Sequence record: SRR20825019_659
Length of the DNA stretch: 37,804 bases
Reading direction: 5' to 3' (one strand)
A program made the translations under genes and the position numbers. Shown here piece after piece: positions 19,394-28,552 of the stretch; the stretch's first letter is position 1; every line of letters starts with the position of its first letter. The notes beneath the pieces were generated by a model, which saw only the letters and a list, made by a program, of their open reading frames with translations, was not told the DNA's origin and did not search any database.

Positions 19394-20398
19394 TTATTCC
19401 GCGAAGGCTTCGGGATGGAAAGCACGGGCCATCGTTTCAACGGCATCGATCGAGCTTGGTCCGGGCTGACCGCGAACGGAATCGATCATGACTAAATTTT
19501 CGCCTTTAATGGCCTGCACATCGGCGATGGTCGGGTTGGCCGTCAGAACGGCGATGCGTGCCGCACCAAGGTCGCGTTCCGGGTCGTCGACCACTTTGCC
19601 ACCGGCCGTGCCGGAATAGAAGACCACGATCTGCTGTGGGTTGCGGTCAGCGATCTGCTCCCATGAAACCTTGCCGTAGCGGTTGTCGATATCGGCGAAA
19701 ATGTTTTGCCCACCGGCGCGCGCAACCGCCTGGGACAACATGGTGTTGCCAAGCACCGCATTGGGTGCGGATTCCCCGCCGTTGAAGATGAAGACCGGCA
19801 CGGCCTCGGAACCCTCGAGTTTTGTCTCGACGGCCTTCAAGCGCTCGGAAATGCTGGCGATCAGTGCTTCGCCGCGGTCGGAAACACCGAAGATACCCGC
19901 TATCGATCGAATCTCGGCATAAAGGTCTTCAAACCCGAATTTCCCCAGATTGCAGCCCTCAGGGTTGAGGTGGGTGTTCATGCCCAGGTCATGAAGCTGG
20001 TCCCGGGTGTGGCGCGATTCACTGAAGCCATCGGGATAGCCGGCATAGACAAAGTCTGCCTTGGCATCGATCAGCTGTTCGGTGGTTGCCACCAGCGGGG
20101 AAAGGACAGGCACCTGCCCGTAGGCTTTCTCGTACCGGGGGCTGACCGTCAGTGCCGCCATATAAGAGGTTCCTGCCATATGGTCCTCAAGCCCAAGCGC
20201 CAGCATCATCTCAGTTGCATTGTTGCTGAGCGTGACCGCGTGTGCCGGGGGCGTCTCATACGTTGTCGTGTAGCCGCAGTTTTCGTCAATATAGGGATAT
20301 GCCGTGCTGTCGGCCAAAGCGGTCTCGGCAACCACGCCCGAGGCGAGGAAGATGGTAATAGCAGCCATGTGCTGCCATCTGAGGTCTGGAAAGGGCAT
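19394..20398 (-). CDS. Class III (siderophore/cobalamin-type) ABC substrate-binding protein
   Basis: Signal peptide; YPYIDENCG, TEMMLALGL, AGGQNIF, VSWEQI, AFHPEAF; RBS AGGAG. Confidence 0.9.
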   Translation of the reverse strand: MPFPDLRWQHMAAITIFLASGVVAETALADSTAYPYIDENCGYTTTYETPPAHAVTLSNNATEMMLALGLEDHMAGTSYMAALTVSPRYEKAYGQVPVLSPLVATTEQLIDAKADFVYAGYPDGFSESRHTRDQLHDLGMNTHLNPEGCNLGKFGFEDLYAEIRSIAGIFGVSDRGEALIASISERLKAVETKLEGSEAVPVFIFNGGESAPNAVLGNTMLSQAVARAGGQNIFADIDNRYGKVSWEQIADRNPQQIVVFYSGTAGGKVVDDPERDLGAARIAVLTANPTIADVQAIKGENLVMIDSVRGQPGPSSIDAVETMARAFHPEAFAE

Positions 20399-20428
20399 TC
20401 GGAAACTCCTTGAATTTAGACGCTTTGC

Positions 20429-21436
20429 TCAGGCTTCAATCGTCTGGTCGGAAAGGGCGGGCAGAACCTCCGCGGCAAAGCACTCCATGGCCGCAAGCGC
20501 CACATCATTGCCAAGCATGCTGTTGCCGCTGAAAAGGCAGCGCAGAGCCTGCACGCCTGTATCGCGGCGGAGCGCACGGATCTGCTCGACGCACATCTGT
20601 GGCGTTCCGAAAATCGTATAGCCGTCAATCATTTGTTGCTGGCTTCGTGGGTGCGGTGGCGGTGTCCCGCGCCTGCGGGCAAGATTGGCGCGCCGCTTAT
20701 TGAGCAGGTCCGTCAAAACCTCCAGCCGCTCTTCAGCTTCGGCGCGGCGCGGCGCGATTACGACATATCTGGACAGTGAAGAGGCCTTCAACGCATCCTT
20801 GTTACCGCCATGCCGGTCAAGCGCTTTTACGAATTCCGGCAACTGTCTGTTTTCATTCGGCTCAAGGCTCAACAGAAGCGGAAAGCCATTGGCTGCGGCC
20901 AGATCAATCGTTTCCCGGGAAACGCCTGCCACATAGATCGGCGGATGCGGCTTCTGCACAACCGGAGGGCCAACGCCGACGCTTTCGAAGCGCCATGTCG
21001 GGCCGTTGGCACAAACGGTTTCGTCTTTCCATGCAGCGAGCATGATTGCCAACGCTTCGGAAAAACGGGTTCGTGCGTCTTCGGGCGCAAGCTCAAGTGC
21101 CTTCAATGTTTGCGGGTCGGTGCCACGGCCAATGCCGATGTCAACGCGTCCATGGCTTTGAAAATCAAGCTGGGCAATCTGCTCGGCCAGCAGCAGCGGA
21201 TGATAAAGCGGCAGCACGAGGATGGAGGTTCCAAAACGAAGGCGTTGAGTGCGTGCAAGAATTTCGGCGCCCAGTATCAATGTTGAAGGGTAGGGTATGG
21301 CTTCCCGTTGAAAATGAAATTCGTTGAACCAGATGCCACCGAAGCCGAGCGTATCGGCACGCTCGACAAGAGCCATCAACGCACGATGATCCCCCATCCT
21401 TTCATCGCGGGAGAAACCGGCGAGATCAATGCGCAT
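20429..21436 (-). CDS. LLM class (luciferase-like) flavin-dependent monooxygenase
   Basis: ADTLGFGGIWFNEFHF, ARTQRLRFGT, HPLLLAEQIAQLD, GRVDIGIGRG, PVVQKPHPPIYVAG, FAAEVLP; RBS GGAGG. Confidence 0.92.
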   Translation of the reverse strand: MRIDLAGFSRDERMGDHRALMALVERADTLGFGGIWFNEFHFQREAIPYPSTLILGAEILARTQRLRFGTSILVLPLYHPLLLAEQIAQLDFQSHGRVDIGIGRGTDPQTLKALELAPEDARTRFSEALAIMLAAWKDETVCANGPTWRFESVGVGPPVVQKPHPPIYVAGVSRETIDLAAANGFPLLLSLEPNENRQLPEFVKALDRHGGNKDALKASSLSRYVVIAPRRAEAEERLEVLTDLLNKRRANLARRRGTPPPHPRSQQQMIDGYTIFGTPQMCVEQIRALRRDTGVQALRCLFSGNSMLGNDVALAAMECFAAEVLPALSDQTIEA

Positions 21437-21553
21437 GACCAGACCTCCATGGAAGGGAGGCTTTGAGCCCGAGGCGCCAGCGCTCCGCGTTGCCTGTCCG
21501 TTTGCACAATTTCTTTTCTGCCTGCTTTCGATTTGAACTGCGGCTGTTTTAAC

Positions 21554-21573
21554 TGTAATGATATATCATTACA
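21554..21573. promoter_or_regulatory. Zur box 3, upstream of the LLM-ABC operon
   Basis: Perfect 20 bp palindrome TGTAATGATATATCATTACA; its core 18-mer aligns with boxes 1 and 2. Confidence 0.8.
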
Positions 21574-21810
21574 ATAACCGGTAATGCAGTATCGATCCAT
21601 GAGGTGCGCTGCCCCCCCTGATGTGCGACCTGCATCGCAGATTTTGTGGTCGCCGCTCGAAGAATAGTCAGGGGGCGTGCTCACCTGAAGTCGAATACTA
21701 TGGAATGTCCTTTTTCCTTGTCGTATATGCATGTGCGGTCGAAAAACCGACATGCGCATCCGGTTTCCGAGCGTGTCACAAGAATAGTTGCAGCGTTGCT
21801 AATCGCGTGA

Positions 21811-21826
21811 GTTAAGAATATCTTAA
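21811..21826. promoter_or_regulatory. Candidate CtrA binding site upstream of the diguanylate cyclase
   Basis: GTTAA-GAATATC-TTAA is the reverse complement of TTAA-N7-TTAAC. Confidence 0.5.
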
Positions 21827-21865
21827 GTTCTAAATTCGATTGCGAAAAGGTTCTGGAGCAATGAC

Positions 21866-23288
21866 TTGCACCCCCGGATAAGCCTGCGCCAGATCGCGCT
21901 TGGCGTTTCTTTCTTTGTATTGGTCTTTCTGTCGGCCTGGATCAGCATCCAAACGCGGTCTATCGGAGGCGTGGCCGTTTTCTGGTTACCGAACGCGCTG
22001 CTTCTCGGTCTCTGGGTGCGGTTTCCGCATAGCCTGTCCATCCTTTCCATTTGCGGCGCAACGCTCGGCTATCTGACCGCGGATCTGTCCAACGGAACGG
22101 AGCTGGCCCTCTCGCTGGTTTTCACGTCCGCCAATTTTTTGAGTATCGGTATTGGCTATTTTCTGGTGGTGCGTATTCGTCGGCGTGAAATCGGCGTCGT
22201 CGATACGGTGATGATCCTGCAACTGTTTCTGGCTGTGCTGGGTGCCAGCGCCTTTGCGGCGCTGTTCGTGGCATCGGTCGGCCATCTGCTTTTTCACTGG
22301 TCTTTTATGCGCGGCTGGGCCCACTGGTTCGTGGCAGAATCCGTGAATTACGTGACCATATTACCGGTTCTGCTGGCCATTCCCGAAATCAACACATTGC
22401 AATGGCGGGTGTCTCTGCCGTTCAAAATCAATGCCGGTGATCGGCGATGCGCGGAAATACTGCCATTCGGCTGTCTGGTTGTCGTTGGTGTCCTGGCATT
22501 TTCAATCGGCGGTCCCGGAGCCATTGCCTTTCCGCTGCCGGCGCTGTTGTGGTGCGCGGTGACGTATGAACTGTTCACGGTTTCCGGCCTGATATTGCTC
22601 TTCGGAATCTGGTCTCAGCTCGGCATTACGATGGGCGTTTTTTTGCCAGTCCCCGAAGATGTGTCGCAGGATTATCTTCAGTTGTCTCTGCTTCTCGGCG
22701 TGGCGTTCATTGCCGTTTGCCCAACCATGCTTGTGGTGGTGATGCTGTCGCGCAACAGGCTGTTGGACGAACTCAAAATGCTGGCCTCTCGCGATACATT
22801 GAGCGAACTCAAAAACCGCCGCGCTTTTTTCGAGGAAGCTGCCGATCTGTCGGATGGTGCGAAGGTAAGCGGAGAGGCAATGAGTTTGCTCATGATCGAC
22901 ATCGACAATTTCAAGGGGATTCAATGACACCCATGGCCATCAGGCCGGTGACGAGGCCATTCGCCGCATCGCCAGAACGCTTGCGTGCGTAATCAGAGAG
23001 AGCGACATCCTCGCGCGCATGGGCGGCGAGGAATTCGCCATCCTTGCCTCCGGTTTGTCGCACGCCCAGCTCGAAGGTTTTGCGGAGCGGCTACGGCAGG
23101 CTTGCGCGCAGGCGACAGTCTGCCCAAACGGTGATCGTTTCAAGGTTACGGTGAGCATCGGAGCGATTCATGCCAGGCATTGCGATATCGAGATAGACAG
23201 GATGATCCATCTGGCTGACAGAGCGCTTTATGAGGCCAAACGATCTGGCCGCAACCAGGTCGTTCTTCAGACCGTCGATCAAGCCTGA
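21866..23288 (+). pseudogene. MASE1-type membrane sensor diguanylate cyclase, frameshifted at ~22920
   Basis: Multi-TM N-terminus (FWLPNA); removing one T gives DIDNFKGINDTHGHQAGD...RESDILARMGGEEF...ADRALYEAKRSGRN. Confidence 0.88.
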
Positions 23289-23311
23289 TCCGACGTGCTT
23301 GCCTTCTCTCT

Positions 23312-23455
23312 TTAGCTCGTCATCCCGGCGAAGCTCATCAACAGGCGCATGCCATAGGCGAAAACGGCCAGTGCCGCGACGCTGCCGGCCCAGATGGCAA
23401 CAAGCCATCCGAGCCGGCGCAGCCACGTACCGCGTCTTGTTTTTTGTGCCGTCAT
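23312..23455 (-). CDS. DUF2474-like small membrane protein (third gene of cio/cyd operons; not in the ORF track)
   Basis: MTAQKTRRGTWLRRLGWLVAIWAGSVAALAVFAYGMRLLMSFAGMTS*, 47 aa; TGATG overlap with cydB. Confidence 0.85.
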   Translation of the reverse strand: MTAQKTRRGTWLRRLGWLVAIWAGSVAALAVFAYGMRLLMSFAGMTS

Positions 23456-24462
23456 CAGTGATAGCCCTCACCTGCTTTCACCTTGCCGCGAAAAACATAA
23501 TAGGACCACGCGGTATAGGCGAGAATGAAGGGAATGATGAACAACGCGCCGACAAGCGCAAACCCCATGCTTTCCGGCGGTGATGCCGCCTGCCAGATGG
23601 AGACGCCCGGCGGAATGATGTTCGGCCACAGGCTGATGCCCAGCCCCGAATAGCCGACGAAAAGCAGAGACAGGGAGAGAATGAACGGCGCCGCCTGGCT
23701 TTCACCGGAAAGCGTTTTCAGCAACAGCCACGTTGCCAGCAGAACAAGCAATGGCACCGGCAGGAAGAAGATCATATCCGGCAGGGTGAACCAGCGCACG
23801 GCAATGGCCTGATGGGCCAACGGGGTCCACAGGCTCACAATCATGATCGTCACCAACAGGGTGATTGCAATCGGCCTGCCAAGCTGCCGCATCCGCCTTT
23901 GCAACGCGCCTTCGGTTTTCATCACGAGCCAGGTCGTGCCAAGAAGGGCATAGGCGACCACGAGCGCTGCGCCGGTAAACAGGCTGAACGGTGTGAGAAA
24001 GCCGAACACCCCGCCGTTATAGATACCGTTTTCAAGCGGAAACCCGTTGATGAAAGCGCCGAGCGCCACCCCTTGCGAAAACGTGGCGATATAGGACCCC
24101 CAGGCAAAGGCCTTGTCCCAGAAGGGCCGGTGCGCCTCATCCGCCTTGAAGCGGAATTCGAAGCCGACACCGCGCCAGATGAGACCTGCCAGCATCAGGA
24201 TTAGCGGGAAATAAAGCGCGCTCAGAATGGTGGCATAGGCCAGCGGAAACGCCGCCATCAGCCCGGCACCACCCAGCACCAGCCATGTTTCGTTGCCATC
24301 CCAGACCGGTGCCACGCTGTTGACCATCACATCCCGGTCCTCCCTGTCCTTCACGAAAGGAAAAAGAATGCCGATCCCGAGGTCGAAACCGTCCATGATG
24401 ACATACATCATCAGGCCGAAGCCGATAATGATCGCCCAAAGCAAAGGAAGATCAATTCCCAT
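23455..24462 (-). CDS. cydB: Cytochrome bd ubiquinol oxidase subunit II (CioB type)
   Basis: MDGFDLGIG, PVWDGNETWLV, FEFR, YYVFRGKV; start at MGIDLP. Confidence 0.95.
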   Translation of the reverse strand: MGIDLPLLWAIIIGFGLMMYVIMDGFDLGIGILFPFVKDREDRDVMVNSVAPVWDGNETWLVLGGAGLMAAFPLAYATILSALYFPLILMLAGLIWRGVGFEFRFKADEAHRPFWDKAFAWGSYIATFSQGVALGAFINGFPLENGIYNGGVFGFLTPFSLFTGAALVVAYALLGTTWLVMKTEGALQRRMRQLGRPIAITLLVTIMIVSLWTPLAHQAIAVRWFTLPDMIFFLPVPLLVLLATWLLLKTLSGESQAAPFILSLSLLFVGYSGLGISLWPNIIPPGVSIWQAASPPESMGFALVGALFIIPFILAYTAWSYYVFRGKVKAGEGYH

Positions 24463-24475
24463 AGTGCATTTCTCC

Positions 24476-25894
24476 TCAGTTGACAGTCGGGTCGGTGTGG
24501 TCGGGCGCCGCCGACAGCGGTCGCGCGGGACGTTTTCCTTGCCCGGTATCGTGCGGAGCGTCGTCATCCCCGCTCACAGTGGGGCCTTTGGCGACCAGCT
24601 TGAGCATATAGCTGACACCGGTTCCGAAGACGGCGAAATACATGACTATGAACATGACAAGCGTCGCCGACAGCGCAATCGCAGAATGGTTCGAAACCGC
24701 ATCCGATGTCCGCATCACGCCGTAAACCACCCAGGGTTGGCGACCGATTTCCGTTGTGTACCAGCCGGCGAGAATGGCAATCAGGCCGGATGGCCCCATC
24801 GCTGTGGCAAACCGCAGGAACAGGCGGTTCTCGTAGAGCTTCCCGCCCCGGCGCAACCACAATGCCCAGCCGCCTAGAAGCAGCATCAGCATGCCGAGGC
24901 CGACCATGATGCGGAACGACCAGAACACAACCGTCGCGTTGGGACGATCCTCCGGCGGATACGAACTGAGGCCGGGAAACTGGCCATCGAATGTGTGGGT
25001 GAGGATGATGCTGCCGAGATGGGGTATCTGGACCGCATATTTGGTTTCCTCCGCCTTCATGTCCGGCCAGCCAAACAGGTTCAGCGGCACACCCTTTTCG
25101 CCGGGTTCATTGCGCCAGTGACCTTCAATCGCAGCGATCTTGGCAGGCTGGTATTTCAGCGTGTTAAGGCCGTGCTGATCGCCGACGGCGATCTGGATCG
25201 GTGTTACGATCACCAGCATCCACATGGCCATGGAAAGCATCCTGCGCACATGTGCATCCTTGCGTCCGCGCAACAGATGCCAGGCTCCTGATGCGCCGAC
25301 GAACAGCGCTGTTGCCAGAAAGGCGGCAATGGTCATGTGCAAAAGGCGATACGGGAAGGACGGGTTGAAGATCACCTTCAGCCAGTCGACCGGAACAACA
25401 ACGTCATTGATGATTTCGAAGCCTTGCGGGGTCTGCATCCAGCTGTTCGACGCCAGTATCCAGGTTGCCGAAATCAGCGTACCGATCGCCACCATGATGG
25501 TTGCAAAGAAATGCAGCCCCGGCCCGACCCTGTTCCAGCCGAACAGCATGACGCCGAGGAAACCGGCCTCCAGAAAGAAGGCCGTCAGCACTTCATAGGC
25601 AAGCAGCGGCCCCGTGATCGATCCGGCAAAGGCGGAAAAATAACTCCAGTTGGTGCCGAACTGATAGGCCATGACCAGACCTGACACCACGCCCATGGCA
25701 AAGTTGACGGCAAAAATCTTCGACCAGAAGTGATAGAGGTCGCGGTAGACCGTATCTTTCTTCCACAGCCACAGGCCCTCCAGAACGGCCAGAAAACTGG
25801 CCAGGCCAATGGTAATCGCCGGGAAGATGATATGGAACGAAACGGTAAAACCGAACTGAATGCGTGCCAGTTCGAGAGCGGTTAATCCGAACAT
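24476..25894 (-). CDS. cydA: Cytochrome bd ubiquinol oxidase subunit I (CioA type, short Q-loop)
   Basis: FHIIFP, QFGTNW, FFLEAGF, NSWMQTP, QPAKIAAIEG, EIGRQPW. Confidence 0.95.
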   Translation of the reverse strand: MFGLTALELARIQFGFTVSFHIIFPAITIGLASFLAVLEGLWLWKKDTVYRDLYHFWSKIFAVNFAMGVVSGLVMAYQFGTNWSYFSAFAGSITGPLLAYEVLTAFFLEAGFLGVMLFGWNRVGPGLHFFATIMVAIGTLISATWILASNSWMQTPQGFEIINDVVVPVDWLKVIFNPSFPYRLLHMTIAAFLATALFVGASGAWHLLRGRKDAHVRRMLSMAMWMLVIVTPIQIAVGDQHGLNTLKYQPAKIAAIEGHWRNEPGEKGVPLNLFGWPDMKAEETKYAVQIPHLGSIILTHTFDGQFPGLSSYPPEDRPNATVVFWSFRIMVGLGMLMLLLGGWALWLRRGGKLYENRLFLRFATAMGPSGLIAILAGWYTTEIGRQPWVVYGVMRTSDAVSNHSAIALSATLVMFIVMYFAVFGTGVSYMLKLVAKGPTVSGDDDAPHDTGQGKRPARPLSAAPDHTDPTVN

Positions 25895-26886
25895 GTCGAA
25901 CCTTCCTCATCATGTGATGTGTTTTGCGATTCCGGCGGGAACGCCGACGGCGGATCCATTTGCAGATTGACCGCTGCCTTTCGCCGGGTGTCGACAGAAA
26001 GGCTGAAGATATCCGGGCGCGCATAATGGCCGGTCACATCGAGATCATACTTGCCACGGGCAATCAGACGTTTGTCGATTTCAGCTGTTTTGATCGCTTC
26101 ACCTGTAAAGTCAGGCTCGACAAGAACGTTTCCAAGCGGATCGACGATGCAGGAGCCGCCGCGGATCAAAACCGTGTCCGGCGCATTGCCGTGAACAGGA
26201 TTGTAATCCGGCGGGCCGTCGCCGCGGGTGAAATACTGACAGGCCGAAATGACAAAACACCGGCCCTCGATGGCGATGGTCTGCATGGTCGGCAGCCACG
26301 TGTCGCGATCATCGACCGTCGGCGCGCAATATAGCTCGACGCCTTGCGCATACATCGCCGTGCGCAGCAGCGGCATATAGTTTTCCCAGCAGATGACGCT
26401 GCCAATGCGCCCGATTGGCGTCTCGGCAACATCGATGGTGGAACCGTCTCCAAAGCCCCAGACGAGGCGTTCCAGCGCCGTCGGCATCAGCTTGCGGTGT
26501 TTCGAGATCAGCTTTCCGGATGGGGCGCCGGTGACGGTACTGCAATAAAGTGTTCCGCCCTCACGCTCGATAATGCCCACGACGAGGTAAACGCCATTGT
26601 CCCGCGCGATCTCGCCGATGCGCGTGGCTTCCGGACCGGGCAGATCGATGGCGCTTTCAAAATAGCGCCTGAACATCTCGCGTCCTTCCGGGCTTCGCAT
26701 TCCAAGCCGGGCACCGAAATCGAGGCCCTTTGGATAGCCGCCGACAAAGGCCTCGGGAAGGACAACAAGGTTGGCGCCCTGCGCAGCAGCATCCCGCACA
26801 AGCGCTTCCAGCTTGTCCATGGTTCCGGGTGTATCGAACAGCACAGGTGCGGCCTGAACCACGGCAGCTTTGATGATCTGGGACAT
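25882..26886 (-). CDS. Nitrilase (carbon-nitrogen hydrolase, NIT4 / beta-cyanoalanine nitrilase-like)
   Basis: Catalytic triad in PEAFVGGYP, HRKLMPT and ICWENYMP; GHYARPD; start MSQIIKAAVVQ. Confidence 0.92.
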   Translation of the reverse strand: MSQIIKAAVVQAAPVLFDTPGTMDKLEALVRDAAAQGANLVVLPEAFVGGYPKGLDFGARLGMRSPEGREMFRRYFESAIDLPGPEATRIGEIARDNGVYLVVGIIEREGGTLYCSTVTGAPSGKLISKHRKLMPTALERLVWGFGDGSTIDVAETPIGRIGSVICWENYMPLLRTAMYAQGVELYCAPTVDDRDTWLPTMQTIAIEGRCFVISACQYFTRGDGPPDYNPVHGNAPDTVLIRGGSCIVDPLGNVLVEPDFTGEAIKTAEIDKRLIARGKYDLDVTGHYARPDIFSLSVDTRRKAAVNLQMDPPSAFPPESQNTSHDEEGSTCSD

Positions 26887-26906
26887 CGGAGCAATCCTTG
26901 AACGTA

Positions 26907-28289
26907 TTACACAACGGCTTTGGTGCCGAGCGATGGTTGCGAGATCAGGTTGGCAAGAAGGGTCAGCCCGTCTTCCAGAACGCCGCGATCCGGCGCAACG
27001 CCCAAAGAAACCCGGACAGCCTCGATGGGGCGGGCAATGGTTGCAAAGGCCGCGGATGGAACGATCGCCACACCGGCGCGGTTTGCGTGTTCGGCAAAAT
27101 CGACGGCACGCCAGTGCGTGGGCAGCCGCAGCCAGAGGTGATGGCCATGAGGATCGGCATCGAAATGAAGCCCGGACAGCATCACGGCAGCGCGTTTTTG
27201 GCGCTCCGCATTCTCCGCCCGGATCAACCGTGCGATTTCCAGCAGCGTGCCATCGGCGATCCAGCGGCTTGCAAGAGCCGACATCAGCGGCGGGGCCATC
27301 AGCGTGGTGGCGCGCAGAACACCGGCAAGGCGCAGCGCCGCCGTGGCATCTGGGGCGGCGATATAAGCCACGCGAAGGGCAGGCGTGGCACATTTGGACA
27401 GCGTGGCAATGTGCCATGTTATCGCCGGTGCGAGTTCCGCCAGCGATACCGTCCGCGCTGCTGCCAGTGGTGCATAGGGATCATCCTCGATGATGACGAC
27501 ATCGTATTTGCGTGCGATCATCGCCAGCGACCGGCGGCGCGCCTCGGGAAGGGTTGCCGTCGTTGGATTGTCCATGCTCGGTATGACATAAAGCGCCTTT
27601 GGCCTGCGCTCGCGGCAGACACGTTCGAAGGCCTCTGGAACGATGCCTTGCTCATCCATTTCCAGTGGTTCCAGAGCAAGGCCTTTCTGGAAGGCGACGG
27701 CCTTGAGTCCGGGATAGGTCATCGCCCCGGCAGCCACGACATCGCCACGTCCAAGAAGCAGATCGAAGATTGCAAAAAGCGCCGATTGCGCGCCCCCGGC
27801 CACGATGACCCTTTCGGGCGACACCCCTTCGACCGCCGATGAAAGCCAGCCGGTTGCCGTCAGTCGATCCGGCCCGGACCCCGTGCTTTCCTGATAGTGC
27901 AGGTGGAGGAGCCCCTTCGACCCGCCGAGCGCATCGGCGACACCTTGCGAGAACATTTTCCGCAAATCCAGCGCGGCGGGCTGCGGCGGGATATTCATGC
28001 TGAGGTCAAGCAGTGATTGCGGTTGACCGGTCTCCGCGCTTTCCGGCGTTTCGCTGACAAAGGTGCCGCGCCCGGCCTGCGCCTCTACCAGACCGCGCCG
28101 CCGGGCCTCGTTGAAAGCCCGCGTAACGGTCGTCAGGTCAACGTCAAGCGTCTCGGCAATCGCGCGCTGGGCGGGCAGACGTTCCCCCGGGGCGACCCGA
28201 CCGCCGCGAATATCGGCCTCCAGAGCCTCGACAATGCCGAGATACTTCATTCTGGCATTGTCGGTCAGGTGCGGTTTCCACATATTCAT
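26907..28289 (-). CDS. MocR/GabR-family regulator (GntR wHTH + PLP aminotransferase domain)
   Basis: PGERLPAQR...[28 protein letters not shown]. Confidence 0.94.
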   Translation of the reverse strand: MNMWKPHLTDNARMKYLGIVEALEADIRGGRVAPGERLPAQRAIAETLDVDLTTVTRAFNEARRRGLVEAQAGRGTFVSETPESAETGQPQSLLDLSMNIPPQPAALDLRKMFSQGVADALGGSKGLLHLHYQESTGSGPDRLTATGWLSSAVEGVSPERVIVAGGAQSALFAIFDLLLGRGDVVAAGAMTYPGLKAVAFQKGLALEPLEMDEQGIVPEAFERVCRERRPKALYVIPSMDNPTTATLPEARRRSLAMIARKYDVVIIEDDPYAPLAAARTVSLAELAPAITWHIATLSKCATPALRVAYIAAPDATAALRLAGVLRATTLMAPPLMSALASRWIADGTLLEIARLIRAENAERQKRAAVMLSGLHFDADPHGHHLWLRLPTHWRAVDFAEHANRAGVAIVPSAAFATIARPIEAVRVSLGVAPDRGVLEDGLTLLANLISQPSLGTKAVV

Positions 28290-28298
28290 CTCTCGAAT

Positions 28299-28500
28299 TG
28301 AATGCCTTTATAGCATACAATTATATATTATGTATGCCCATGATTGAAAAGCAAAAAATGCATTTCTTCAGTTCCTGCTTGAATCCTGTACTGTTTATAG
28401 GCATATTCCGGGGCAACCGTCCCTGAGCCTTCCACCGGGCGGCGCCTTGATGTGACAGAAGGCGAGCATTGTATGGTTGTTATAAAACAAAAGCCATACA
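28299..28500. promoter_or_regulatory. Repeated TGTATG(C/G) motifs in the divergent mocR/hemA region (putative MocR operators)
   Basis: TGAATGC 28299, GCATACA 28313, TGTATGC 28331; TGTATGG 28470-N17-CCATACA 28494. Confidence 0.6.
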
Positions 28501-28552
28501 CTATGTGCAGTCGACCCGGCTCGGCCGATTGCCTGACAGTTCAGGTGTGCCT

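Noticed and set aside
25882-27417. 511 aa ORF suggesting a nitrilase with a long N-terminal domain
   Set aside because: The extension overlaps mocR in another frame and is low-complexity Arg/Cys text; nitrilase homology begins at ATG 26886.
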